64,000 nt of DNA from Eledone cirrhosa (lineage: Eukaryota), in the NCBI GenBank assembly GCA_964016885.1, contig OZ024743.1, positions 349,990,001 to 350,054,000 on the forward strand, written 5' to 3'. Numbering within the stretch: position 1 is the first letter of the stretch; each line of letters begins with the position of its first letter. Under the pieces are notes generated by a model. That model saw only the letters and a list, made by a program, of their open reading frames with translations. It did no database searches and was not told the DNA's origin. Positions 1 to 12,846 of the stretch are shown in pieces. The position numbers were made by a program, and so were the translations under genes.

Positions 1-950
1 CTAATTGGAAGGAGATTGAGTGACCGTTAGATGTAAGAAGACTGAATAGCTATTAGCTGAGAGAAAACTGAATGATGATGAGGTATATGGGCTGTTTGAT
101 TTGTCACCAGATCAAATACCCATACATCAATCGATTATTTCTTTTTTAATTATAGGTGCTCATGATTTCTTTCGGGGCCTCTGAAACAAATGAGAACAAG
201 AAAAATATATTCAAACCAGAGACATGGTCCGAATACTTGCAACAGTGTTGGCTTCGATTAAGGTACTCAAGAGCCAGTTAGTGGTGTTAAATCGAGCAAT
301 AAATTATGTCTACCACTTAGCCAGATAAATAACGTAAATCATTTCGACCAACACTCTAAGAATACCACTAATCCACCATATTTGACCGGTATTTTATTAT
401 TTTGACATCGAGTAAATGGAAGACGGCTTTTGCCTTTCGGAAGAAAGATCGCATTATGTCCGATGCTCTAGCGACTCCACCAATACATCGCTTAATTAAC
501 AGGTTAAGTTATGATACCCCCTCGATCCACACTGCGTTACATAATACGCGTTGTTTGTGTCTGTTGTTTTCCTCTTAATAGTTACAAGTGTACTGTGAAC
601 TTTATAATGAATATGTTACCTTCCAATCCAAAGGAAAGCTCATATCTCAGTTTATAAAAGGCACAGATATCGAATTAAGCGACATTTTATCACCTTTAAT
701 CTGTCACTGGGTTTAATATCACCACCTGGACTTTGGGTGACTTTGGAGACCTCAAATCAGTTGCACACATAAGGCTCAGCTATCTGTTTTAAGGATATCT
801 TCCTCCATACAAACACTCTCGGAACAACTGTGAAAGGACTTGGGTACTGTTTCGTTTAGTCCATAATTTTAGACAAGCAATAATTAACTCCACACCTTTC
901 ATAATTATGGATTTTGATATTTTTATTTCCCTTTTTGTATTTCTTACCAG

Positions 951-1180
951 AGTTAAAATGTGTACCAATGCAATGGCGACCATATATGATTGGAATGTTG
1001 CCCACCATGAAATGGGACACTTAGAGTACTATATGTCATACAAGCACCAACCGGATGTCTATAGAAATCCAGCCAACCCAGCTATTGACGAAGCTGTTGG
1101 TGACACTCTTGCTATGCTTTCAAGCGCTCATACACAATTCTATCACTACTTTGGGAACAGTTCAGACAAACAGAGATACG
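951..1180 (+). CDS. ACE: ACE-like peptidase M2, zinc-binding exon (HHEMGH...EAVGD)
   Basis: Acceptor ttcttaccag/, donor /gtaaat. Translation RVKMCT..AHHEMGHLEYYMSYKHQPDVYRNPANPAIDEAVGD matches the ACE motif HHEMGHIQY..GANPGFHEAIGD. 230 nt, ends in phase 1. Confidence 0.93.
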
Positions 1181-1305
1181 GTAAATGGTCTTTTGTTTTT
1201 AGACGTCCACGCGTATCCCGAAAAACACACAAACACACAAACATTGACAAGACACACGCACACACGCACACCCACACATGCACAGAGACACACACACGCA
1301 CGCGT

Positions 1306-1342
<37 letters not shown>

Positions 1343-1351
1343 TATACATAT

Positions 1352-1530
1352 GGATAAGAGGAAAGCACAAACGAGGGACATTTCCCTTCATCAGTTGTCT
1401 GTTGGAGATTACGGACATTTCTACGCATTAAAGACAATATGTTTATCTCCAGTGCCTCAATAACTATAGGAAGTTATTGGGGGAAAATGAGAGAGAAAGA
1501 GTATAAGAGTAGCCGGTTTTGACTTGCCTC

Positions 1531-1590
<60 letters not shown>

Positions 1591-1866
1591 GTTGCTTACA
1601 TACATGTGCTTTTCGTGTTTCCCTTTTCGGTATTTTCTCCGCATTTTCCTCCTTTTTCCCTTCTGTTATATTTTTCTCTCTCTCCTTTTTCCCCAATAAC
1701 TTCCTATAGATATTGACGCACTGCAGCTAGACATATTGTCTTTAAGGCGTAGAAATTTCCATAATCTCTAGCAGAAAACAGATGATGGGAAATGTCCTCC
1801 GTTTGTGCTTTCCTCTTATTTCTAAATACCCTTTATCCAGTAACCACATAGCTCCCTGTTTCTTCT
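1352..1866. mobile_element. Non-coding tailed fold-back element (PLE-like), old
   Basis: Imperfect inverted arms ~1352-1500 and ~1670-1822 around a (CT)n core, short tail, flanked by (CA)n. CTGATGA-AGG-GAAA on the minus strand at 1381-1394. Confidence 0.55.
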
Positions 1867-1898
<32 letters not shown>

Positions 1899-1911
1899 AC
1901 ACACACACACG

Positions 1912-1963
<52 letters not shown>

Positions 1964-2044
1964 CACATATACACACACACGCACGCACACATATACACAC
2001 ACTCACACACACATATATATATATACACACACACATATATATAT

Positions 2045-2106
<62 letters not shown>

Positions 2107-2158
2107 GTGATAAATAAGTATGCAAAATGGAATTTGACAATAATTTATTCGGAAATTG

Positions 2159-2237
2159 TCCATTACAAATGTTTTGAAGAGTTCTATGTCTATGGAGTGT
2201 ATGGTTCCATAGTATCTATCCGGCCTCTTCAGATGAA
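2159..2237 (-). ncRNA. Degenerate type I hammerhead motif
   Basis: Minus strand TTCAT-CTGAAGA-G..CTATGGA/TCCATAG..C-AAAA-CATTTG-TA-ATGGA. Stem I pairs, and GAAA is changed to AAAA. Confidence 0.45.
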
Positions 2238-2429
2238 CCACCGAGCATTAGTTTTATTAATCCTGGTTCTCTGCATATACTCCGCTGGACCATTAGATGA
2301 AATCTACGATGCTTCAAGATGTTCAGTGCTGGTCATCTACGTGCATATAATATATAATATAATATAATGTAATATATATATTTATGTGTGTGTGCGTGTG
2401 AGTGTGTACACTCATATTTATCGACAGTC

Positions 2430-2692
2430 AATCGACTCTTCGTCAAATCCTACCGAGGAAATAACGTTTCCATTGGTCTTTCCAATTGCTAATACTATCT
2501 ATCGGTCGCAACCCCATAAGGTGCAACGTGAACGAGGAATGTGAAGGAGCAACGTGAAGGAGCAACGTGAAGGAGCAACGTGAAATATAGTGTCTTGCCC
2601 AAGGTCATAACGCATCACCAAGTCCGAGAATTGAACTCACATCCCCCCGATTGCGAATCCATTTCTCTAACCACACAGACACGAGCTTTCAC
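2430..2692 (-). repeat. tRNA-derived SINE remnant
   Basis: gtgtcttgcccaagg...gaattgaactc...ctctaaccac reads as a tRNA-like head (A/B boxes) on the minus strand. Confidence 0.5.
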
Positions 2693-2728
2693 ATATTTAT
2701 ATATACATAAACACACACACACACCACA

Positions 2729-2801
<73 letters not shown>

Positions 2802-2805
<4 letters not shown>

Positions 2806-4993
2806 ATAATAATAAATTTGAAGACTAAAATCCAAAGAGGGCTCGATAAGGATAAATATATATCAGATATATAAGAACCGTAGAGCAAATATTTATTAAA
2901 ATAACAGATTAAAGTTTAAGCAAAGAATCGCTGCTTTCACCCTTAACGGGATCTTCTGAAACTCAAAAAGTCAATCTGTGAACAATACTTTGGTTCGTGG
3001 AAACGTTCCCTGGCAAAGAACGGAAAAAAAACGAAGATAATACGTCATTATTTTGCTGCAGTGAAAACAATTACACGCGAAGACAAAACGTTTATGGTAT
3101 AAATGAAGTCGTAGACTAATATTCTATTAGGTGGTTCATAGAGACGTTCTCTGGCAATGAACGGAAAAAACAAAGATAATACGTCATTGTGTGGAATGGT
3201 GAGAACAATTGCACACACAGACAAAACCATGTAAATGGTATAACTGAAGTCGTAGACTAAAATTCTAACTAGGAAACCGAATGATTCTCGGCTTCAGAGT
3301 TAAGAATAAGTAAATAAAATACAGAGGTAATTGAAATTAAATATATACATACATACATAAATATATAAATACACGCATCCATATACATACATACACAAGC
3401 ATACGTGAAAACACTCGCCATGGGTATACAAATACAAGCACGTACACACAAAAAAGAAAAACACACACACACGCACATACATAACCCACGGAACGCCTGT
3501 AACGCACACATACGAACGTATACACCAAATACACATACAAATAAATAAAAACATATATATATATACATGTGTGCGTGTGTGTGCGTGTATACATAATTAA
3601 ATAAACGTATATAAATATACACACATAAATACGTATATAACGCGCGCACACACACACCCACATCTAAATACACATATGTTCGCGGACGTACGTCAACGAA
3701 AACACAAAGTACACATATACACACACCCTACATACGTACGAACCCGCATACTCACACAGACGCAAAACTCACGTATACACATAACCAAATGCACATGTAC
3801 CAGTATATATAATATATACGCCAATAACATATACAAGCAAATATACGTACGAGAAAATATACGTACCTTCACAAAACATACAGGTAATGTATACTTACCT
3901 ATACGAATAAGTAATGGTATTAACATAACATATACTTGGCTACCACATCAAGAGGTAAAATATCCGCGTATAGTTCGTACTATCCGTTAGGGTATAATGT
4001 AACACAGGAAAGTTTTGTGCAATTTATGTTTACAAGCCGAAATTGCCTCAGATTTTTTATTTAAGATGTGGTCTTTGGCGTAGAGTATTTCCAGGGCCTC
4101 AGCGGCGCAGAGGTCACATGGTCTTTTATTTCCGTTATACGATCTAGCCTGAGCTAGGATCTCCCAGTGTAACTTATATTGGGTGTGGTTGTCTTTTAGA
4201 CTCCAGATATAACCTGAAAGTGACGTCATATTCCTTCTTAAACGTTTAAGAAAAGAATGGGTATGCATGTAAAGACGCTGTTTGAATCTATTGGCGGTTA
4301 ACCTACGGGACGTGGGTGTTTCAACCTTACATTTGTAGACAATGTTACTAGAGAGGCATTTCCCGGATAGGGGGCAGTCAACCCGATTCCTACAATTACA
4401 GTTAGTACTAACTACAGGGTTGCACATGTTCCTACGGCTAGATAGTTTAGCTAAATTTGAAGCTGTGATGTTATGTGCAAGGTTAAGAGTCGTAGAGTAA
4501 GAAATTTTAATGGTATTTCTATTAAAAATGTTACTATATTTATGTGCTGGGGGTAATGCTTCATAATAAGGGAGAGGAAGATCTTAGCTAAAGGTGTGGC
4601 CACCTCCTTATTATACGGTGGGTTATACCATATAATGCGTCGGGATCTATTTTTCCTAGGTCTATTCTCGTACTCTGTATAAGCTACCTTATCGTCAAAT
4701 CAACTCCGAGCAAGAGCTTCATTGTAAATTGTGGAATGGTCGTTGAAAATATGCTCGTTAGTAGATAGACGGGAAAGCCTCAAAGAAACGTTTCTTATCA
4801 AGTTCTTGGTTTGCTGGCAGGATGGTTAGAATGCTTACTTATGTAATTCAGCGTATCATTCGGCTTTCTATACGGTTGCAAACGTTTTTTGAAATATTTA
4901 CTTCTGCGTTCACAGATTGCCTTTTTTTATTCAGAAGATCCCGTTAAGGGTGAAAGCAGCGATTCTTTGCTTAAACTTTAATTTGAATTTTGA
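2802..4993 (-). mobile_element. 5'-truncated Penelope-like element (RT thumb + GIY-YIG) with short inverted arm
   Basis: ORF 3987-4427 CNC..CPL..CL..VYK..W.I..C.LC..E..LN..C.H. Degraded RT C-terminus to ~4890. Arms 2905-2982 and 4910-4984 are inverted. ~140-bp duplication at 3003-3268. (TA)n flanks. Confidence 0.85.
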
Positions 4994-5050
4994 TATATAT
5001 ATATATATAAAATAACAGGAGGCTGGACTGGTGTAAATCCTTGAAAGGTT

Positions 5051-5215
<165 letters not shown>

Positions 5216-5528
5216 TAGACGTTTTTAGCGGTGATTGATTGGGGTATCAAATGATTTAACAGTAACTGCAAGAATAATTGTGAATTATGGAGGTGTTCTA
5301 ATGGGAAGGAGATAGAGTGACCGTTAAATGTAAGAAGACTAAATACCCATTAGCTGACAGAATACAGAATGATTTGTTTTTCTTTTGTCCCTTTTTGTGA
5401 TTTGAACTCATATATGTATATATGTCTTCGTTTCTCTTTATGGTATTATCAGGCTCGAAAAATGACCTACTTTGATTATAAGGGATTCATTTGAGTTTTT
5501 AACTCAATATATACTTTTGATACACACG

Positions 5529-5594
<66 letters not shown>

Positions 5595-5598
<4 letters not shown>

Positions 5599-5758
5599 CA
5601 TACATACATACATGATGATGGCTGCCCCCTCGTTATCGAGTATGGCCATTGCACAAGGAAAAAAAAAATAAATAAATAAATGAAATAAATAAATAAATAA
5701 AAAAATAAAAAAAAATAAAATAAAATAAAATAAAAAAAAAATAATAAATAAATTTAAA

Positions 5759-5821
<63 letters not shown>

Positions 5822-8800
5822 CATATATACATACACACATACATACACATACACTCACACATATATACACACATACATTAATAACAATAATAATAATAAT
5901 AATAATAATAATAAACGACAACAACAATAATAATATACATATTCATATATATATACACACGCACGCACGCACATAAGCATATCTACACACACACACACAC
6001 ACACACGATAGCAACTAACAGTGCTGCGATCGAATGTGGCTTTTTAGCCCAGCCAATGATCTAAAATGTCTTGCACAGAGTCGGCAACCAAAACATTCAC
6101 TGGGAATAGTCGGCTGTAGTTGGAGTTCGTGTACTTTTGCATGTTGCTTGAGCCCTCCTGCTGATTTACATTCTCTACCACATGTTTGGCAAGCATGATG
6201 AGTAGCATCTCCAACAGCAGCCTGGTAGTCAACCACTGGTCTTACTTTATGACTGCGAAGATGACTTTCGAGTCTAGCTTTGCTTAGGCAGAGTCTCGCA
6301 CAGACGCTGCATGTCAGAACCATAGGAGGACCCTCGCCGTCTGGAAGTGCAACAGCAATGCCCTTCCTCACGTCCCGCTTTACTTTCTCGTGTGCGATTC
6401 GAGATGCCTCAAAGGCAACTTTTCCCTCATATACAGTCTTTCTCCACTTATTACGATCAGCAGCAATATTTTCCCATGTATCAGCAGAGATGTTAGCGTC
6501 TTTCAGAGAGGCTTTCAAGGAATCCTTATACCTCTTTTTTGGTTTATGTGGCGGTCGTTTTCCTTTAACCAACTCTCCATAGAAGAGTTGTTTTGGTATT
6601 CTAGAATCCTTCATCCTGGCAAGGTGACCACTCCAACGGAGTCGTTGCTTAAGCACAAGAGCTTCTATACTGTCACACATAGAGCTTTCCAAAATCTCGA
6701 CATCACTGATGTGGTCCCTCCAGCGAACGCCATGGATCCGTCTGAGACACATCTGATGGAAACGCTCCAATTGCTTAAGGTGGCGTCGATATGTGACCCA
6801 GGTCTCGCAGGCATAAAGAAGACAAGAGAGTACACATGCCCTGTACACCTTTACCTTTGTCCTCCTGCATATGTCTCGCCGACCCCAGAGTCGCCTTTCT
6901 AGCCTTCCGAAAGCATCACTTGCTTTCCTAATCCTAAGTGAGATTTCACCGTCAAGGTTGCCGTATCGATTGACAGTGTTTCCCAGGTAGACAAACTTAT
7001 CAACCACTCCGAGTCGTTTGCCATACACATGGATGTTTGGTTCAGTGTACTGCTTACTAGGGGCAGGTTGGTACATGACGACGGTTTTCTTGAGACTGAC
7101 AGTCAAACCCAGGGCAGTGCAAGCGTCAGAAAATACATTCAAAATGTGCTGCATATCACTCTCTGTGTGCGCTACAAGATCGCAATCATCTGCATACAAG
7201 AGGTCTCTTATGACTGATGTAAATACTTTTGTCTTCGCAGCAAAGCGCCTGATGTTAAATATGCTGCCTGAGGTTCGATATCGGATGTAAACACCATGCT
7301 CGCAATTCCTGAATGCAATACAGAAAACCATTGCAAAGTATATGGCAAACAGGATCGGTGCTGGAATATCCCCCTGTTTCACTCCATTTTTTACTGAGAT
7401 AGGCTCCGACATGTTACCTCCGACATTAACCCAAGCCTTCATGTCGTCATGGAAAGACCTAACTAAAGCAAGCAACCTATCAGGGCAACCAAGTTTCTGG
7501 AGAACCTTCCATAATGCATCTCTGTTGACAGTATCGAAAGCCTTTGTCAGATCGACAAAAACCTGATACAGATCCAAGCCCTGTTCAATGCACTTCTCCT
7601 GGAGCTGTCTAGCTGAGAAGATCATATCAGTAGTGCCGCGTCCAGCACGAAAACCAGATTGACTTTCTGGAAGGACACAATCTGCAATGTGTGTCAGCAG
7701 ACGATCCAGAAGCACCCTACATAAAACTTTCCCTACGACAGAAAGCAATGATATACCTCTGTAGTTCCCACAATCATTCCTGTTACCCTTTCCCTTGTAC
7801 AAGACCACCATTACTGCATCTCTCCAGTCCTCAGGCACGGATTCATTAGCCCATATCCCTCCAAACAGAGAGTGAAGATGTTGCAGGAGTCTCTCACCAC
7901 CATATTGTAGGAGCTCAGCATGTATGCCATCCATACCTGGAGATCTTCCACTGTTCAGCTTCGAAATAGCCACTGCAACCTCCACAAGCGTCGGAGGTTC
8001 TGCGAGAGCTACTTTCACAGGACTTTCCGGAATGAGATTGAGGAAATCTTCACTGACGACAGACGGCTGATTCAAAAGATCATCAAAGTGCTCTCGCCAC
8101 CTTCGTAGAATTCCCTGTGAGTCACGAAGAAGTTCTTTGCCATCCTTGCTGTGAATCGGTGTCACCAGAGAAGAAGACGGTCCATAAACCTCACGCAAGA
8201 GACTGTACAACAGCTTTGTGTTATTGCAATCAGACGCAGTTTGTATCTCACCAGCCTTCTCACTCCACCACTGATCCTTCATCTGAGAAAGACTCCGCCT
8301 AACACGTGATTTTACATCCCTGAGCCCCTCATGCAACGTATTCCTCTCCTGTGGTTTTGCCGTCAAGTAGCGTGACAGAGCACGCCTCTTATCAGCCAAC
8401 AAGTCTTCTATATGTACATCATTCTCATTAAACCAGTCCTGATGTTTTCTCTGCACCAATCCCAGAACACGTCTGCCTACATCATAAACCGACTTTTTAA
8501 GGGTCGGCCAATCCTCACCAAGATCTGCAGCCTGCATCTCTTCTTTCAATGTCCTCTTCACATTTTTATCCTTAAGACGAGCAGCATTCAATCTTTTGGG
8601 CAGGGCAACACCAGGAGCCCGGATTTTACGTTTGGTGATTAGATTCACTTTTGCGCGTACCAGGCGGTGGTCCGTCCAGCACTCAGCTCCACGAAGAACA
8701 CGAACACACTGCACATCCTGTCTGTCACGCATCCTGACTAGGACGTAGTCCAAAAGATGCCATTCCTTAGATGCAGGATGCATCCATGTGGTCTTGAATT

Positions 8801-9931
8801 TGTTCTTTTGTTGGAACATGGTGTTGGTAACACACAGATCCAGCTCCTCACACATCTGCAGCAAGAGCATACCATTGCTGTTACACTTTCCCACCCCATG
8901 CCTTCCGATTACATTCCATGTGTTAAAATCCCTACCCACTCTAGCATTAAAGTCACCAAGCACGATGACTTTGTCTGCCTGAGGGATATTTCTTAGAACA
9001 CCTTTCAAGGCATGGTAAAAGGACAGTTTTTCTTCATCGACAGAATTCATAGTTGGAGCATACACACTCACCAGGGTAGCATATCTTCCCTTGTCCAGCG
9101 GAACTCTCATGGACATAAGACGCTCACTAATCCCTACTGGGAATTCTTCTAATTTATTCACCAGTACAGTCTTAACAGCAAATCCTACCCCAGCCTCTCT
9201 TCTGGTTCCTTCATCTCTTCCTTTCCAGAAGAATGTATATTCTCCACAAAATTCCGTAAGATGACCATCTCCAGCTAACCTCGTCTCAGATAAAGCCACG
9301 ATGTCAAGATCGTAACGTCGAAGCTCCTTTGCAACAAGAGCGGTCCTTCGTTCAGGACGCTCCAAAGAATCCCTGTCAAGCAGCGTCCGTACGTTCCAGC
9401 AGCCAAGACTAAATGCCCTGTTTGGCTCTATTACAATGGCACGATGACGGGCGGGCCCAGGTTGTGATAACTTGGGGGCCCTGCCCTTATTGCCAATGAT
9501 CTTTTTTGTTCCAGAACCCAAACTGGCAATTATCTCGTTTACATTGTTCTGGAACATCATTGAATTGGGAAAAAAAAAAAAAAAAAGTAATAATAATAGT
9601 AATAATAATAATAATAATAATAATAGTACACTATTAATAATTATTAATGCACTCGTGCAATGCCTGTGCGTGACGAATATTTTTAAAGTGAGGAAAGACT
9701 GTGCACTGAACCAATCCCACTCTCTGAGCGACAGTAGCTATAACCCGAAAAGAAGAAAAGATCAACATCATCGGTAACTACTGAGCCGCAGGTTTTATAT
9801 CGGAGTTAACCCAGTTTCCTGAGATGCCTTCTCCTAGAAGAATACCCTGACAAGGGCTAGGGGTTCTTCACTCCCAGTGGTTTAACTGCGCGATCGGGCA
9901 TCCAGCCCGATTATTTCTATGTCCCCGCGCG
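5595..9931 (-). mobile_element. Full-length RTE-clade LINE
   Basis: Single long ORF. 5' UTR 9630-9931 and 3' end 5595-5655 (tgcaatggccatactcgataacgagggggcagccatcatcatg(tatg)n) are shared with short copies at 56030 and 60039. Confidence 0.9.
6015..9560 (-). CDS. RTE ORF: APE endonuclease + reverse transcriptase + three C-terminal C2H2-type fingers (1181 aa)
   Basis: GCWNVRTL, LSETR, GDFNAR, LDY, TDH (APE). YRGISLL, FVDLTKAFD, GVKQG, YADD (RT). CSVC..H..H, CQTC..H..H, CRLC..H..H. No stops. Confidence 0.95.
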   Translation of the reverse strand: MMFQNNVNEIIASLGSGTKKIIGNKGRAPKLSQPGPARHRAIVIEPNRAFSLGCWNVRTLLDRDSLERPERRTALVAKELRRYDLDIVALSETRLAGDGHLTEFCGEYTFFWKGRDEGTRREAGVGFAVKTVLVNKLEEFPVGISERLMSMRVPLDKGRYATLVSVYAPTMNSVDEEKLSFYHALKGVLRNIPQADKVIVLGDFNARVGRDFNTWNVIGRHGVGKCNSNGMLLLQMCEELDLCVTNTMFQQKNKFKTTWMHPASKEWHLLDYVLVRMRDRQDVQCVRVLRGAECWTDHRLVRAKVNLITKRKIRAPGVALPKRLNAARLKDKNVKRTLKEEMQAADLGEDWPTLKKSVYDVGRRVLGLVQRKHQDWFNENDVHIEDLLADKRRALSRYLTAKPQERNTLHEGLRDVKSRVRRSLSQMKDQWWSEKAGEIQTASDCNNTKLLYSLLREVYGPSSSLVTPIHSKDGKELLRDSQGILRRWREHFDDLLNQPSVVSEDFLNLIPESPVKVALAEPPTLVEVAVAISKLNSGRSPGMDGIHAELLQYGGERLLQHLHSLFGGIWANESVPEDWRDAVMVVLYKGKGNRNDCGNYRGISLLSVVGKVLCRVLLDRLLTHIADCVLPESQSGFRAGRGTTDMIFSARQLQEKCIEQGLDLYQVFVDLTKAFDTVNRDALWKVLQKLGCPDRLLALVRSFHDDMKAWVNVGGNMSEPISVKNGVKQGDIPAPILFAIYFAMVFCIAFRNCEHGVYIRYRTSGSIFNIRRFAAKTKVFTSVIRDLLYADDCDLVAHTESDMQHILNVFSDACTALGLTVSLKKTVVMYQPAPSKQYTEPNIHVYGKRLGVVDKFVYLGNTVNRYGNLDGEISLRIRKASDAFGRLERRLWGRRDICRRTKVKVYRACVLSCLLYACETWVTYRRHLKQLERFHQMCLRRIHGVRWRDHISDVEILESSMCDSIEALVLKQRLRWSGHLARMKDSRIPKQLFYGELVKGKRPPHKPKKRYKDSLKASLKDANISADTWENIAADRNKWRKTVYEGKVAFEASRIAHEKVKRDVRKGIAVALPDGEGPPMVLTCSVCARLCLSKARLESHLRSHKVRPVVDYQAAVGDATHHACQTCGRECKSAGGLKQHAKVHELQLQPTIPSECFGCRLCARHFRSLAGLKSHIRSQHC

Positions 9932-10069
9932 CAAAAAAAAAAAAAAAAAAAAAATCACTTATTGACACTTATACGTACGACATACACACACACGCATACA
10001 TATGCGCGCACACAGCAACACTCATACATACAACAAACACACACACACGCTACTCTACTCACTTACACG

Positions 10070-10150
<81 letters not shown>

Positions 10151-10254
10151 CCGTCATTACTGATACAAGATTACAAGATTATGTCAACTGTTGACTTTCA
10201 AGAGTTTGTATAGTTGAAGCCGATCGTATAACAGTCCAGTATTACTATAATTGC

Positions 10255-10286
<32 letters not shown>

Positions 10287-10296
10287 CATACATACA

Positions 10297-10387
<91 letters not shown>

Positions 10388-11133
10388 GAAAGGTATAGAA
10401 AACATTGTAACAAAAAGCCAACAGTATTCCATAATATAATATATATATATATATATATGTGTGTAATGGAGATCGCTGCTATTAAATCAACGTTCTCTGG
10501 TCAACCTCTAGCTCACTGGATGAATTGCAGTAATGCAACTACAACCAACTGTTCAGAGTGCCCACATTTATTTAATTGCAGTTACCGTGGCTGTGTTTTG
10601 GTAGAGATAAAGGTAAACATCTTAAGTACTGGATGATATTGTTTCTGTACAACATAACTTCACAAATGCAGATATATATTAAATCTGCAATGTTCAGAAA
10701 GTCACGTATTATCACCGGGTATTTACGTAGTCGGGCACTTTTCAGCAGGCCGCCCAAGTCACATTGTATGTGGTAGCCATTACTACTGGATAAGGTATCC
10801 AGCCGATCTTGTTGCTCTCACGCTGTGCCTCTAATGAAAAATCGGGAAGCCTCCTATAGTAGACAAAAACGGGTGATTTGGTGGTTGAATTCAAAGGAAT
10901 TTGCGCGAAAAAGAACTCAACTAGCTTGTTGTATATTTGCACATATACATAGCGATTTGTATGCATATGTACATATATACAAGCAAATAATAGCTGATTT
11001 TGGACAAAGTCGAACATTCATATTTATATAGAGAGACAGATAAAAGTAAAAGTCTCAAGTCCTGGACGATATTGTTTCTGTATAAAATAACTTCACAAAT
11101 GCAGATATAAATTTAATTAAATATGTGCGTGTT

Positions 11134-11198
<65 letters not shown>

Positions 11199-11360
11199 GT
11201 ATGCGGTTGACGGCTGAGAGAAAGGAGTACTCAATACCGATGTAGAGTTTTAATATTAACGCTAAATACTGAGTCTTGGTACTCTGGAATTTCGCCAGCT
11301 CATCACAGAAAAAGGCAAAATTGCTGAGTAACAAGGCTCACTATTTAGCCTTAATAAAAC

Positions 11361-11426
<66 letters not shown>

Positions 11427-11429
<3 letters not shown>

Positions 11430-12846
11430 AATATCTTTAAGTCGTTTGGAAGCCTCGACAATGCAAGTGGGTAAATCTCCGGGTAACAAGGTCCGGTGGT
11501 GGAGAGAGAGATGTAAATGGGTGTACGTTGAGATGCGTGGTGTGTATAAGATGTGTGAGATGTGTAGAATGAAGGGAAGAGTATAAAGGATAAAAATAAA
11601 AATAACAACACAAGAGAGAGTTACCTTGGGAGAGATTTAATAGTCCCTATATATTTCGGATTCACATCCATCAACTGGGGGTTTTTTCCGGGGTGGGGGA
11701 AAAGGTTGTTTGTCGGACAAGTCCGGAACGCATCTTTCGCTGTTTGTTGTTTTGAATATCTGAGGTATTCGGCAGAGCGCGCGTGCGCGTGAAATGGGGT
11801 CGGTCGTACAGATGTCAGCGGCCGAATGAGGGAGTGGGATGGCGCTAGTTGTCAGTCCATTCTCTGCCTGTTTGTTAAATAGAATATGACAGGTGCAACC
11901 AATACTACATAGGTAGCACAATTCGACCTTTGCACATCCGGATCAAGGAACACACTAAAACCAGGGCCTCGTCTTTCCGGAAACACATAGACAAATGCGG
12001 AAACAAAGACGGAAGGCCCATTGTCACAATTCTAGCGACTGAAAGAAACGTCGGCACGTTACGTATCAAGGAAGCGCTTTTTATCAAACGACTGCAACCG
12101 CAAATAAACAACCGATCAGAGAGAAGCGAAATGAAATGGCTGGTTTAAGTTAACAAGCGATGCAACAACATACAACACACGCACACACACACACACGCAA
12201 ACGAGACAACTACACACACACACGCACACACACACAGTAGCATTCCACCATACGAACATACTACACTGCCAATACAGATGAACAAGGCAACAACACACAC
12301 ACACACACACACTCAAGCGAGACAACAACACACGCACACACACACACAGTAACATTTAACAAACAGGCAGAGAATGGACTGACAGCTAGCGCCATCCCAC
12401 TCCCTCATTCGGCCGCTGACCTCTGTACGACCGACCCCATTTCACGCGCACGCGCGCTCTGCCGAATACCTCAGATATTCAAAACAACAAACAGCGAAAG
12501 ACGCGTTCCGGACTTGTCCGACAGACAACCTTTTCCCCCACCCCGGAAAAAAACCCCAGTTGATGGATGTGAATCCGAAATATATAGGGACTATTAAATC
12601 TTTCCCAAGGTAACTCTCTCTTGTGTTGTTATTTTTATTTTTATCCTTTATACTCTTCCCTTCATTCTACACATCTCACACATCTTATACACACCACGCA
12701 TCTCAACGTACACCCACTTACATCTCTCTCTCCACCACCGGACCTTGTTACCCGGAGATTTACCCATTTGCATTGTCGAGGCTTCCAAACGACTTAAAGA
12801 TATTTACTTATTGTTCCACAATGCTTCAAGCAAACTTCAATACTCT

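Noticed and set aside
156-262. Possible upstream ACE exon (tatag/ ... /gtactc), open and phase-compatible with the exon at 951
   Set aside because: It lacks the expected CHASAWDF-like motif and has a weak donor. The real exon probably lies before the window.
9780-9931. HDV-like ribozyme at the RTE 5' end
   Set aside because: Hairpins are present, but I could not assign the nested double pseudoknot by eye. It needs an RNAbob or Infernal search.
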